Shown here in pieces: positions 39,484-53,285 of a stretch of 64,000 bases of DNA. A program made the translations under genes and the position numbers. The first letter of the stretch is position 1. Each line of letters begins with the position of its first letter. Source of the DNA: Octopus sinensis (Eukaryota). The notes under the pieces were generated by a model. That model was given only the letters and a program-made list of their open reading frames with translations, had not been told where the DNA came from and made no database searches. Location of the stretch: assembly GCF_006345805.1 (NCBI RefSeq), contig NC_043009.1, positions 71,796,001-71,860,000 on the forward strand. The letters are read 5' to 3'.

Positions 39484-42400
39484 ATGAAGGGTTTATCTGA
39501 ACATATAGCGCAAAAAATTGTGAAAAGTATGCAGGTTGTAGTCGAGAGTTTCCATATGAAATCTGCCAAATGCAAGCTTTCTTTTCAGGTACATGACACG
39601 GCTGTCCCTCGTCCCAGGGTCTCTGATGCCCACACCTCGCAAACCCTCAGAGTTGGCACGCTCAATGTTGGCACATTGAAAGGTAGGTCTGGAGAGATTG
39701 TAGAGCTGCTTGAACGGAGACGTGTGGATGTATGCTGTATCCAGGAAGTAAGGTGGAGAGGAGGTTCTGCTAGGCTCCTCACAGGCAAGGAACACAGGTA
39801 CAAGATTTTCTGGGCAGGGAACACTGACGGAGTCGGGGGCGTGGGTATACTTCTTGCGGAGAAATGGGTAGGTAAGGTAATCGAGGTAGTCAGAGTAAGT
39901 GACAGAGTAATTAAAATTAGATTAGTTCTTCACCATAGGACAGCTACCATCATCTCGGCATATGCCCCTCAACCAGGGCTACCGGAAGGACAAAAAGACC
40001 AATTCTATGACACCCTATTGCGGACTACCTCATTGACAAATGACAGTGACCTTCTCTTCGTGGCAGGTGATTTCAATGGACATGTTGGACGACATGTCGG
40101 GGGCTTCCATGGCGTCCATGGAGGCTACGGTTTTGGCTCTCGAAATGAGGAGGAACCAGGCTGCTGGAGTTCTGCGATGCAAATGACCTTATGGTCTGCA
40201 ATACCCACTTCAGGAAACCCACCTCTCTCCTAGTCACCTACCGTTCTGGCAGACCACCAGCCAGATTGACTACATCCTTGCCAGAAAAAGGGAAAGAGGG
40301 CTGATTATAAATGCCAAAACCTTCCCAGGCGAAGAATGTACTCCCCAACATAGATTAGTAGTTAGCGACTTCAGGATCAGAGCTAAATGGTTGCCCAGAA
40401 GAAGACCAGCTTGGAGGAGAAGGGTCTGGAAGCTTAAAGATCCTGCAAATGGACAGAGATTTAGAGACATACTACTCGAAGCCTCTGACGAAATAGAAGG
40501 GGATATAGCTTCACTTAATGTGGAAGACAACTGGAGATTCCTACGGGACAATCTGCTGACAGCCACTGACCAGATCTGTGGATGGAGCAAAGTACCATCT
40601 CGACCCAGAGTAACATGGTGGTGGAACACTGTGGTTGACAGGGCTATTAGACAAAAGAGACAGGCTTGGAAGGACTGGAAGAACGGTGGTAGCAGGGAAT
40701 TGTATCAGACAGCCAAAAGGGAAGCTAGGAGACAGGTTTATTTAGCCAGAGGGGAAGCGGATAAGAAAAAATTTGCCAATGTTCTGAGCCGTGAGGATGA
40801 AAGACTTGAGGTATTTCGTGTTGCAAGACAGTGTGTGAGAGAGAATCGTGATGTGGTAGGAGAGAAGTGTGTTCGCATGGATGATGGTTCACTTGCGCTA
40901 AATGAGGATGCAAAGAGAGAGGTTTGGAGATGCCACTATGAAAGGTTGCTGAATAAAGAAAATGAATGGGATAAAGAGAGTCTGCCGAATGTTGACCCAA
41001 CAGAGGGACCAGCTATCCGAGTTGATAGTTCCGTGGTAGCTAAGGCAATTAGAAGCATGAAGACAGGGAAAGCCCCAGGCCCATCAGGAATTACTGCAGA
41101 GATGCTCAAAATATCTGGCAGTGTCGGCTATAACCTAGTCACCCGTATAGTCAACCAGGTGATACACGAAGGAGTCATACCCAATGACTGGTGTAGCAGC
41201 AAACTAGTCAACTGCTACAAAGGTAAAGGTGATGCCCTGGATACAAATATTACAGAGGTATCAAGCTGTTGGATCAGGTAATGAAGGTTACGGAGAGGGT
41301 CATAGCCCAACTAATTAGAGAGAGAGTTAGTTTAGATGAGATGCAGTTTGGGTTTGTCCCAGGGAAAAGCACCACTGATGCTATATTCCTGGTAAGGCAG
41401 CTGCAGGAGAAATACCTAGCCAAAGATAAGCCCCTGTACCTGGCTTTCGTTGACATGGAGAAAGCCTTTGATAGGGTCCCCCGTTCCCTCATCTGGTGGT
41501 CAATGAGGAAACTAGGGATAGATGAATGGCTGGTGAGGGCTGTGCAAGCCATGTACAGAGATGCCGTAAGTAAGGTTAGAGTTGGCAGCATGTACACAGA
41601 AGAATTCAAGGTAGAGGTTGGGGTCCACCAGGTTCAGTACTCAGCCCCCTCCTATTTATCATAGTCCTCCAGGCAATTGTGGAGGAATTCAAGACAGGTT
41701 GCCCCTGGGAGCTCCTCTATGCTGACGACCTCGCTCTAATCGCTGAGTCACTATCAGAACTGGAGGAGAAGTTCCAGGTGTGGAAGGAGGGTTTAGAATC
41801 GAGGGGCCTTAGAGTCAACCTAGCTAAAACCAAAGTACTAATAAGTAGAAAGTTAGAAAATCCACAAATATCCTCAGGAAGATGGCCCTGCTCGATCTGT
41901 AGAAAAGGTGTAGGTAGAAACTCTATAAGATGTACCCAGTGTAAGCTATGGACACATAAGAGGTGCAGCAATGTCAAAGGTAGGCTAACTGGGAAGATAG
42001 TTTTTGTATGTGGCAGATGCTCTGGAGCATTGACCTCCGAAAATCTGCAGAAAACAACTTCCGTCACTTTCCGGGGGAAAAACTAGAAGTAGTTGATAGC
42101 TTCCGCTATCTAGGTGACCAAGTCAGTAGTGGGGGCGGGTGCGCTGAAAGTGTAACTGCTAGAATAAGAATAGCCTGGGCAAAGTTTAGGGAGCTCTTAC
42201 CTCTGCTGGTGACTAAAGGCCTCTCGCTCAGAGTAAAAGGCAGACTGTATGATGCATGTGTACGAACAGCTATGCTACATGGCAGTGAAACATGGGCCGT
42301 GACTGCTGAGGACATGCGTAAGCTTGTGAGGAATGAAGCCAGTATGCTCCGATGGATGTGTAATGTCAGTGTACTTACTCGACAGAGCGTTAGTACCTTG

Positions 42401-42670
42401 AGAGAAATGTTGTACCTAAGAAGCATCAGTTGTTGTGTGCAAGAGAGACGATTGCGCTGGTATGGTCATGTGGCGAGAATGGATGAAGATAGGTGTGTGA
42501 GAAAGTGCCAATCCCTAGCAGTTGAGGGAACCCGTGGAAGAGGTAGACCCAGGAAAACCTGGGACGAAGTGGTGAAGCACGACCTTCGGACGTTAGGTCT
42601 CACCATGGAAATGACTAGAGACCGAGACCTATGGAAGTATGCTGTGCGTGAGAAGACCCGGCAAGACTAG
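39484..42670 (+). pseudogene. RTE ORF (~1060 aa when repaired), broken by five 1-nt deletions
   Basis: Frame shifts at ~40152, ~40257, ~41247, ~41631 and ~42075; no in-frame stop in the motif-guided frame. Confidence 0.85.
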
Positions 42671-42849
42671 TGAAGCCATAATCCGTGGCCCCTACCTGGG
42701 ACGTAGTCAGTCCACCTGTGCATACCTTCCTTCTTGTGACACTTGTGAAGACCTGTTGAGGCAAGTGAGAATCGAATCGAATCAAATCAAATCAATCGAA
42801 CCAAATCAAAATAGATGAACATCAATGGAATTTGTATCCTTGTGGTACC

Positions 42850-43130
42850 AGTGCCGGTGGCACATAAGAAAACCATCCGAACGTGATCGTAGCCAGTACC
42901 GCAACGACTGGCCTCCATGCTGAGGGCACGTAACAAACACCATCCGAGCGTGGCCGTCCGCCAGCCCCGTCTGGCACCTGTGTCGGTGACACATAAGAAA
43001 ACACCATCCGCGTGGGCCGTCAGCCAGCCTCGTCTGGCACCTGTGTCGGTGACAATAAAAAACACCATCCGAGCGTGGCCATCTGCCAGCCTCGTCTGGC
43101 ACCTGTGTCGGTGGCACATAAAATCACCCA
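42850..43130 (+). repeat. ~60-63-bp minisatellite array in the RTE 3'UTR
   Basis: Units of ggcac.taa.aaa(c)accatccgagcgtggcc..gccagcc.cgtctggcacctgtgtcggt, ~4 copies. Confidence 0.9.
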
Positions 43131-43329
43131 CTACACTCTCGGAGTGGTTGGCGTTAGGAAGGGCATCCAGCTGTAGAAACACTGCCAGATCTGACTGGCC
43201 TGGTGCAGCCTTCGGGCTTGCCAGACCCCAGTTGAACCGTCCAACCCATGCTAGCATGGAAAGCGGACGTTAAACGATGATGATAATGATGATGATGATA
43301 AACATCCACTTCAGCTTATGTATGGGTTC

Positions 43330-44070
43330 TACTGGTAACAATTCAGGGACACCTTGTTCCCGGTCAATTTAAAGGTGCTATATCAAGAGAAAATGATGAG
43401 TGAAGTAAACCAAACTCTTGAATTTTTGGTTAAATTAGTGATGTGGAGCAATACTGTCATGTTGAAGAAGCACAGTGTGTCACCATTCAGGTCATCTCAG
43501 TTGGATTTCCCCATTGGGTCAATGTAGTCGCTGAACATACCTTGACCATGTGGTTGTTGACAAGCATTTCATAATGGATTGGCCCTTCCAAATCCCACCA
43601 AACACAGATCATTGTCTTGCATAAATGTGGCTCTGGTTTGGTTCAAAGTGCTACTTGCTTGTCACTCAACCATTCTTTCTTCTAAAGACACCATTTTTCA
43701 TCACTGGTGACGATGCAGTAAAGGAATTTCCCTTTGTGTCTGTGAGTAGCCTGGCATCGAGTGAGTAAACTTGCTGTGATAGAGAAGCACTGGAATTTAT
43801 CTCTTTCATTGAGAGTGTGTGGTGCCCAAGCACTGAGTTTTTGGATCTTACCTATTAAATGGAACTGATGGGCAATGATATCATGAGACCACCCCATCAG
43901 CTGGACCAATTCCTTTGTGGAGTGGCATGGATCCTCATTGTTGAGCTCGTTCAGTCTTTGAATTGAACAAGTCTGCCAAAACATGAAGTCTGTAAGATCA
44001 ACTTTCTCATCCTTGAAGCTTGTACAGTTCTTTCGATAATTGAGCTTTCCCTATGCACAGCACAAATGTT
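43330..44070 (-). mobile_element. Decayed mariner transposase fragment
   Basis: WAPHTL (WVPHEL-like), IVTSDEKWCL, MICVWWD..GPIHYEML and SLDIAP (YSPDLAP-like), with stops. Confidence 0.85.
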
Positions 44071-45450
44071 ACAAATGGCTGTGCCAAGTTTGGAACCTTG
44101 ACTGAAAACAGCAATCAGAAGCCAGAGTCAAAAATGTTCTGTTTATTTTATTTTTATTCTTTGTTTTCATATTACCATATTTTTCATGTTACCATATACA
44201 TCAGTGTACAAAAGGGAGTTTGAACCTCAAAAGACAATCACCCCAAAAACAAGAGGTTGTCTTAAACACCAAATATAAAATCCGAACCATAACATACTGA
44301 GGTTCAGAGAATCAATAATGGTGAAGCACATTGTAAAACACACACACACACACATAGCTCCCAGAGTCCTACTGCTGAATATCTTCAACTGAATCCTATC
44401 AGATGTATTTAGGAAGCTGGAATAATCATCATCATCGTTTAGCGTCCATTTTCCGTGAAAATAGATTATAAGTCTGTTTAATATACATCCAAATAATAAC
44501 AACACAAAGAACTTTTTGAAATACACCAGTCACCATTTGTGAAAGCTGACAAACGGTAAAGAATGCAGCAGAGCTGCAGGCTGTGTTCTGTTTATGCTCA
44601 TCAAAGCACTCTTTCACATGGCTTTGCCAGAACATTCAGCCAGCTGCTGAAAGCTTTCAGGACAAAATCCCCATAGTCTGTACTCCTGTTTACAGATAAA
44701 ACCTCACTCTGCTTGGCCAATCGCAATAAACCTTGCGGTTCCCAGATTCCTGGATCCAATCCAATGCCAGATTGGTTCACATTGGTTTGAATCGATCTGG
44801 CATTATTTTGTAGCTTCAAGATTTCAAATGATGTAATTGTTTATTTTTAGAATATCATTGTAGGATAGGTGTGAGAAGCCAGATCTGGCTGGTATGAACT
44901 TAAAACAGTTAGAATATTTGGTTTGGGCATGGTTGGATTAAAGGTGAAAAGGTTAAGACATTTAAAGAGAGGATTTGTTGAAATGGTTCAACTCTCTCTC
45001 TCTCTGTCTTTCTCTTTCTCTCCGAGTGAACATCAATCTCCTGCTACCATAAAACCCAAATCGTGATTCCAGTTGACAAACATAGGAAATGTGAGGCAAG
45101 TTTTAAGCTGAAAGTAGTCGCAGACACCACAACAACAACAACAACAACAATAACTTCTGCTGTTACTGTGCTGCTGCAAAAGACGATGGATTTACTGAGA
45201 AGAGGGTATGAGTTTGGAGACTAAAAGGAAAGTTGCTAAGCAGTGGTACCCAGAACTAATGTGCAATGAAGGGGTGCACTGCAAACTGGCCATTTCTACA
45301 GAAGCATTTAGTCAACGAGGTCTGTGAGAAGCGTCAAAATGGTTGTAATAAGAAATATAAAATGCATTTTTGCACTTAAGTGGATACATAAATGGTAATT
45401 GGAATAATGTTGGAATGAACAAATGAATCTATTTGACAACCAAACACACA

Positions 45451-45490
<40 letters not shown>

Positions 45491-47172
45491 TACATAAAGA
45501 GAGAGAGAGTATGTGTATGTCTCAGACTATGTTCATCTTTCCAATATTAATTAAAACTGGCGTTGGTTTGTTTACATCCGCACAACTTAGCAGGTTAGCA
45601 GAAAAAAGATGTACTCTGGCTGATTTATTTGACAACACCCTTTAAGATGGCACCCAAGTATGGCTGCATTCCAGTAAATGGAACAAATAAAAGATAGTAT
45701 GTGTATGAAGATACAAGTAAGATAAAACATGCATGATGGCCACAACTTCATTTGAGGCAATGCCATCATTTTCTGATCATTCTCTGAAAGCAGAATGGAT
45801 TTGACTCTTCAAGACAGCTGACAGATGTAGAAAGGACAGGTGTTCAACAGGTGTTCAAAAAGTGACCACCCACACTGATACTTGCTGGCCTTTCTCAGCC
45901 ACAGCCAGCCATAGATGTGTAGCATATTGCCTGAGGTATTAAGAATCAAGCGGTGCCTGTGAGGAATGGCCACTACCACTCTTTAAACAACAAATGCATT
46001 TGCACGAAAAGACGAACCATTCTACATCATTGGATGCAAACAAAGTCACAGGTGTCACATGAGAGTTTCCTTTCTCCTGGAGCGATGCTTAAACAATGAT
46101 TAAGGGGTCACTGGCTCCCAGCTGTTAGATAGTTGTTGTTGCTTTTACTGAGTCCATCTGCCCTGCGATGGGTTTTTTTTTGTGTGTATTATGTCCTGCA
46201 GGGTATCTAATGAAGACCACCCTCATTATTAAGCAGCTTGTTTGGGTGGCTGGTTTACTCTTTGGCCACGGTATCTTGAAGAAATTGGCTGGAAGAGCCC
46301 AATTGTGCTTCCAGAATCTGAAATTTGGTCAGATGGTCATCTTCACATGGGAATTGCATATTGCCAATCCTTGTAATCTCTTTTGGAAGGTTCTGGGTCC
46401 TAAGATCAGCCTCCATACATACACATATACACACATACAAGCATACATACTTAGAATAGCTTCAGGTGTTTTTGCACAGCTGTGTGTGTGTGTGTGTGTG
46501 TGTACTGCTTTTTAAACAATACGTAAATGTGTGCTCATAATCCTAAGCTCCCTTTTGCTTGTGTTTCTTAAGAAGGAGGATATAATTTAGGAGACAGGTG
46601 GCAGGTGAGGACAATAAATATAAGAAATTTAGATAAAAACAAATACAAATAGGGGTATTTCTGTTTGTATTCTCTCAAGATACCCCAAAAGTAAATAAAT
46701 GAATTACTGGGATGACATACAATAAATTTTGTAATATTTTGCCAGAATTCCATGACAACTAAACAACAATCTATTTGTTTGGTAAAACAAATAGGGGGGG
46801 GGGGATACCATGACACTATTTACAATATCTTGGAAGCAAATTGTATTTATTTTTAGAAGAAGAAGAGAGATACATGCATTATAGTGGAGCGTGTAGTTGT
46901 TTATTTGCAAATATCTGAAACATTTTCTATGGGGTGTACATATCTTGGATATAAAACCCCTTTTTAATAGCCTCTTAACTCATCCAGCTTATATCTGTCT
47001 TTGTCGGCCAATTAAATGTGTGTGTGTGTGTGTCGGTTACTTTTAAAGGATATGTGAATACTTGTAAACAAAACTAGTTGGGTTAATATACATACACGTA
47101 TATACATACATATATATATATATATATATACACATATGTATGTATGTATATACGTATGTATGTATGTATATG

Positions 47173-47204
<32 letters not shown>

Positions 47205-47650
47205 CTTCCTTACACATAGAGTGAGTGAGATATAAACACTTCTATCCACAAATGTAGCAATACATACACACTTGTTTTAAGTATTCTGGAAGCTTACACC
47301 CATCTGACACCGACAGAAACAGTTTGGCTAAAATGTGGTTCCAACTTTTACTCAACGCCAGGAATGTTTTGGTTATGTGATGACTTTCAATGTTTGCCAG
47401 ACTTTTCTTTAGTTTTTTTGTAATGCTATAAGGGATTATATTTTGTAATGCTATAAGGGATCATATTTTCTTTAAATTATGCCTAATAGCTTGTATGCAT
47501 GAATGCATGTATTTGGTGATTTTACATACATGCACACACACACAGATACACAAACTTACGTATACATACATGCATACATACATGTGTGTGTGTACGTGCG
47601 TGTGTGTATACATGTATGTGTGTATGTATATATTTATATATGTATATAGA

Positions 47651-47682
<32 letters not shown>

Positions 47683-48329
47683 CTCACACACACACATGAA
47701 CACTCACTGAGATTTATGTGTGTGTAAGGAAAGTAGGGGCAATGGCAGGCTTTTCTGTTATGTTTAGAAGAATTACAGCCAGGGCCTTTAGGATCTCTTT
47801 CCATCAATTCATACACTCACACACACACACACACACACACACCATGGTAAGGACCACAGGAATGTGAGGTATTAGAAATAAAACAAACCATTCACATTCT
47901 TCTCAAGACTTTATTCCTGAAGCCTGCCCTGGTAGCTTTGGTATCTTTGCTTGTGTTCCTCAGACATTCTTGGGTTGATATCCTCCAGCTCTGGGGGTCG
48001 GGTGGGGGATGTGGGTGGAGACTCCACATTCCCGTTATTATCAATGACGTTAGCTGTGCTGTCATTGTTTAGAATATTTGCCCATTTTATGGTCACCATG
48101 TTATTTGTTTTGTATGTGTGTGTGTGTGTGTGTGTGTACGTGTGTGTGTGCGTGTGCGTGTGCGTGTACATCGAATGAATGGGGTTCATTGTAAGATATT
48201 ACAGTATTTAAAGGTATCCTGTTTTGGCCCCTGCACACCTGCTTCGTTCCATCTCAAATTCCAGAGAAGGCTGTGATATGACATGTGAGGAATAATCTCT
48301 GTTGCGATGATGGTGTTGCCATGGTGATT

Positions 48330-48632
48330 GTGTGGCTTAGTGGACAGGGTACTCATCTCATGAGCTGGATTCTGGGTAGCATCTCATGAGCTTGAGCAAG
48401 GCACTTTATTGCTCCAGTCCACTCAGCTGGCAAAAATGAGTAGTACCGGTAATTCCAAAGGGGAGCAGCCTTGTCACATTCAGTGTATCATGCTGAATCT
48501 CCCTGAGAACCACGTTAAGGATACACGTGTCTGTGGAGCACTCAGCCACTTGCATATTAATTCCATGAGCAAGATGTTCTGTTGATTGGATCTACTGGAA
48601 ACCTCATCATTGTAACTGACAGAGCAGCGTCC
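48330..48632 (+). mobile_element. tRNA-headed SINE family D
   Basis: Homologous to 25833-26140 (cactcagctggcaaaaatgagt.gtacc; gtgtctgtggag.actcagccacttgca). Confidence 0.8.
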
Positions 48633-50635
48633 GTTAATTATTGGTGATTATGGTTGTGATGGTGAGGATGATGATGATGATGATGATGATGGAAATGAGA
48701 ATGGTGGCTGGAATGGTGTTGGGGGCCGGCGTACAGTTTCTGGTGATGCCTTCTTGTTGATTATGGGAATTAAATGTTGATGGCAGATGATTATGGTGTT
48801 AAAAGTTGAGGGTGATAACAAGGATAATGAATTCTGAATGTGTTTATGAGGTTGTTGTTGTTGTTGGTGGTGGTGGTGGTGGTGACGGTGGTGGTGGTGG
48901 GTGGTGGTGCTAGTGGTGGCGGTGGCGGAGGCGACAGTGGTGGTGACAGTAGCAGTGTTTGTGGTGGCAGTGTCGGTGGTGGTGGTCGTCATCATCGGCA
49001 TAATGATGCTTGCTGAGATGTTGATGTTCAGAATTAGTGATGATTCTGGTAATCTCAGTCAAGTGACAAAATAAAAACATAAAAAGGAGATTTTTCTGTT
49101 TTGAACAAAAAAGAAAGAAAGAAAGAAATAAAAACTGTTCCGATTCTTTGAAACTGATTAAAATCTAAAATATTCCCCCATAATTGAATATAGTGATTAT
49201 TGAAACTGATTAAAGACATGAGTCACATGACCCAATTTAGTTATTTTGATTGGTTGCTGCAACAAAGTATGTTCAAAGCCTAATGAAGCAGTCAGACCAT
49301 TCTGATTGCTTACTGGGTAAGATTTTATGGATTTCAGCTAAAGAATGGTCGCTGCTTAGACTCAGTTCAAACCTTCCGATACTCGTCTCCTCTCCAGAAA
49401 AGAATTCTTGCAACATACAAAACTTATTCCATGATGCTGAAAGTTTTCTCACAGATATATTTATTGTTGTTCCTCACAAATACCGACACAGCAGTCTTGC
49501 TATGTTCCTGCTTCCAGTCTGTGACAGGCAGATGCACTAAACTCTGACACAAGGAATAAATCATACAAAATCTACACAAACACTGGAATGAATTACCATT
49601 CACAAGAATCGAGAGATCAATAAAAGTGAAAGCCAGACTCAAATAGGAATTACAGTCAATGTGGATTGCAAATAAATCCTGAAGGTGTTCTTAAAACATC
49701 TTTCTTTAGTTTTTTTATCTTTTCCTTGTTTCAGTCACCAGACTGTGGCCATGCTGGGGCACCGCATTCTAGGATTTTTAGTTAAATGAATGATTCTTAT
49801 TTTTTTATAAAGCTTGGTACTTATTCTGTCAGTTACTTTTGCCAAACTGCTAAGTCTTGGAAATTAAACACACTAGAACCCGTTGTCAAGTGGTGGTAGT
49901 AGTGGTGGTGTGGACAAATACATGTAAAGACAGACACAAGACACACATGTGTGTGTGTGTATGTATATATATGTGTGTGTGTATGTATGCATGTGCATAT
50001 ATCCAATGGCCCTCTTTCACAGCAAAGTTAGGGAAAACTAATTAAAAATAAGTTTGTGTGCATACTTGCACACACACACACAAACAAGTATGCTCCCACC
50101 TACAGCAACACTGTCGTACTGTGTCCACCCAAATATCACTTGGTCGTGATGGCATTAATGCTGTTAATGGTCATCTTGCTGTTGTAGAACATTCTAGCAT
50201 TTATCATCTCACCTTTATTCTAGTTTTGTTGTTTGTAGCTTTAAGGTCTCACACAAGAATCACTTCTCTTAGTTTATGGCTGCAGACGTCTGTGTCTTGA
50301 CAGAATTGATTTTGCAATTACCAATTCCAATGCACAGAATTTTGGAGAAGCATCTCATAGAGACATTACTGTGTGGAACCCTAACCCTAAATGTAAGGTT
50401 CTTGCTCTTAATTCCCAGTCAAACACCACCAGAGATGGTCCTTGCATTCCTTTAGCAAAGTTTACTCTGTAGCAAGCATTTGCTGAGTCTCCAGTTTGAA
50501 AATAACTCCCACCCTTGTTACCCTGAGACCTGGACTTCCTGATAAGCAACTAAAATGAAATTTAAGTTTACCTTGTTGCAAAAGGACTACATTTCTTATT
50601 TTGATATACTAGCTCTGAAGAAATTCTGTCTTTAG

Positions 50636-51003
50636 GTGCAGGAGTGGCTGTGTGGTAAGTAGCTTGCTTACTAACCACATGGTCCCGGGTTCAGTTCCAC
50701 TGCATGGCACCTTGTTGAAGTGTCTTCAACTATAGCTGACCAAAGCCTTGTGAGTGGATTTGGTAGATGGAAACTGGAAGAATCCCATCGTATATGTATA
50801 TATTTACATCTGTGTTTGTCCCCCCAACATCGCTTGACAACTGATGCTGGAGTGTTTACATCCTCGTAACTTAGCAGTTCAGCAAAAGAGAATGATAGAA
50901 TAAGTACTAGGCTTACATAGAATAAGCTCTGGGGTCGATTTTCTGGACTAAAGGCAGTGCTCCAGCATGGCTGCACTCAAATGACTAAAACAATAAAAAG
51001 AGT
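50636..51003 (+). mobile_element. tRNA-headed SINE family A, full length
   Basis: tggctgtgtggtaag A-box-like, ggttcagttcc B-box, complete body ending gactaaaacaataaaaagag. Confidence 0.88.
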
Positions 51004-52784
51004 ATTGTAAATAAATACAAATATAATTAATTAATTAACAAGATTTTCATTAGCTTGCAATAGTGGATTCAGTCCTCATCAAATACACAGAGAAACCAAT
51101 GTGAAGTTGTTCCACTTCTTCTCCTCAGACAAGAGTTTGTTGCCATTTGAGCACTTTGGTTCTTGTTCAAAGTAGACAACAGGTAAAAGAACCTGAAGAA
51201 ATGGGAAGCTCAGCATATGTGTAATGCTTTAAAGTTACATAACTTCTATTCAGTTTCCCTTAGAAACATATGTAGTACATTTTTACCTGCTCAATCTTCT
51301 ATTCCTTTCGATATATATACATAACCATCCAGCCCATGCCAGCATGGAAGGCAGATATTAAATGATGATGTATGTATGTTGTGTGTGTTTGTGTTCCAGT
51401 GGTTAAAATCGTAGCTAAATTGACAGGTTGCTTAAACAAGAACCAATTTGGTAGTGAAAAGAAAAGTATGATTAAAGTAAGAATAGATGCATTAACTGGA
51501 AACATGTGATACAAATCATGCCAAAACCAATATTTTATCCCAAATCACTTGTGAAATATGAGAAACTCTGAAGATAAATCTCCTTTCTCTAAAGCAAACG
51601 CATCTTTAGAAATGAAAAATGTGTTAATGTCTACAACTAAACAACTTTACCATTGGTTTCATTTTTGATCCTCATCAGGAACCTGATTCCAACCAAAACA
51701 TGGAATAGTTTTGTGAGGTTAATAGACTGAAAAATTACAATCGTGTTAGGAATAACTCATCTACAACATTTAATCCAAAAGTTTATCTTTAATAAAATAA
51801 ATTGGGCCGGGGAGTTGGAGAGGAATATGCGATGTGAGTGAGAGCGAGAGAGGGGAAAAGGTGGGGATAACGAGAAAGTGCACTTTACTGGAAATTAGAA
51901 GCATAGGTTTTCTTTTCTCCCCTGTATAAAAGACATTAACTGTAGTTATGGCATTCTGCCAAAGTTGAATTTCCAAAACAGTTGATTCTGTGAGTTCTTC
52001 ACAACTGGCACTTCAGCTGAGAAGTGTATATTTTGAAAAGAAGGAAAAAGAACAAAATTATGGTAGAAAATAAAAATAAAAAGATTCAGTCCTTTTTTAT
52101 TTGTTAGTCAATGGGAGGTGGGGTGGGGGCTGGGTAGGGTGGTGGATTACTGGACTAAGGATTTCGGTCTACTTAGTCTTTTATCCGTTCATTCGTTTCA
52201 GTCAATGGACCATCCTCTTCTAGAGTTTAATCAATCATATTGACTCCAGGACATAGCGCAAACTGCTAATTATTTTATCAGTCTCCATTTAACTAATTAC
52301 TAAGCATTTTTGATAAAACCAGGTCTGACACACAAGTTTACACCAGGAAACAGAAACACCCAAATTTCACTCAGAAAGCTTCATGGCTGAGGACGCTTGC
52401 CTGAGGTGATGCAGAAGAGGAATCAAACCCAGAGCCAAACTGTGAAGAAAATATTTTCACTAAACTGTTCTGTGTCTTTGTGTTGTAAGTTCAAATCCTG
52501 CCAGAGTTGATTTTATCTTCCAACATTACCACCACTACCACCACCACCATTACGACAACAACGACCACCACCACCACCACCACCACCATCTTCTCTTACA
52601 AATATCTGAAAGGGTTTTAGTATTATTGTAAGACAAAGATCAAGTGCCACCTGGTTATCAGACACAAGGAGCCACACTGATGCTCTGCTTCGTATGAGAC
52701 AAAAGAAAACTGGACAGGAAAAATTGAGTGAACAACACAGCCATACTGTATAGAGTACCTTACAAAAATGGACAATTAAGACAT

Positions 52785-53285
52785 CAAAATTGCTGACGTG
52801 GCCGATGACAGTACCACCTGATTGGCACTTGTGCCAGTGGAGCATTAAAAGCACATCCGAGCATGATCATTGCCAGGGCCATGGATTGGCTCCCATGCCG
52901 GTGGCCCGTAAAAAGCACCATTCGAGTATGACTGTTACCAGCGTCGCCTTACCGACATATGTGCTGGTGGCACATGCAAAACAACATTCAAGCATGGTCG
53001 TTGCCAGTACCACCAGACTGGCTCCCATGCAGGTAGCATGTAAAAAACATCTTTTGAGCATGGTCGTTGCCAGAACTGTCTGACTGGCCTTCATACCGGT
53101 GGCATGTAAAAACACTCACTACACTCTCGGAGTGGTTGGCATTAGGAAGGGCATCCAGCTGTAGAAACTTTGTCAGATCAGATTGGAGCCTGGTGCAGCC
53201 TTCTGGCTCAGCAGTCCTCAGTCAAACCATCCAACCCATACCAGCATGGAAAGCAGATGTTAAACGACGATGATGACAATGAGGA
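52785..53285 (+). mobile_element. RTE LINE 3'UTR fragment with repeat array
   Basis: Four ~63-bp units colinear with those at 4870-5150, then the standard tail. Confidence 0.88.

Larger units (their letters stand above)
39403..43299 (+). mobile_element. Near full-length RTE-clade LINE (APE + RT with embedded PHD finger + 3'UTR + (GAT)n tail); 5' boundary uncertain
   Basis: GTLNVGTL, CIQEVRW, GDFNGHVG, QIDYIL, QFGF, DMEKAFDRV, YADD (41718-41729), FRYLG, WYGHVARM; stop at 42668-42670. Confidence 0.95.

Noticed and set aside
42850-43130. CRISPR-like array
   Set aside because: Units are contiguous tandem repeats without unique spacers, lie in a LINE 3'UTR, and no cas genes are present in this eukaryotic DNA.
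51642-51684. Minus-strand CTGATGA...GAAA-CCAATGG-TA hammerhead-like motif
   Set aside because: Stems I and II do not pair convincingly; probably chance or fully decayed.
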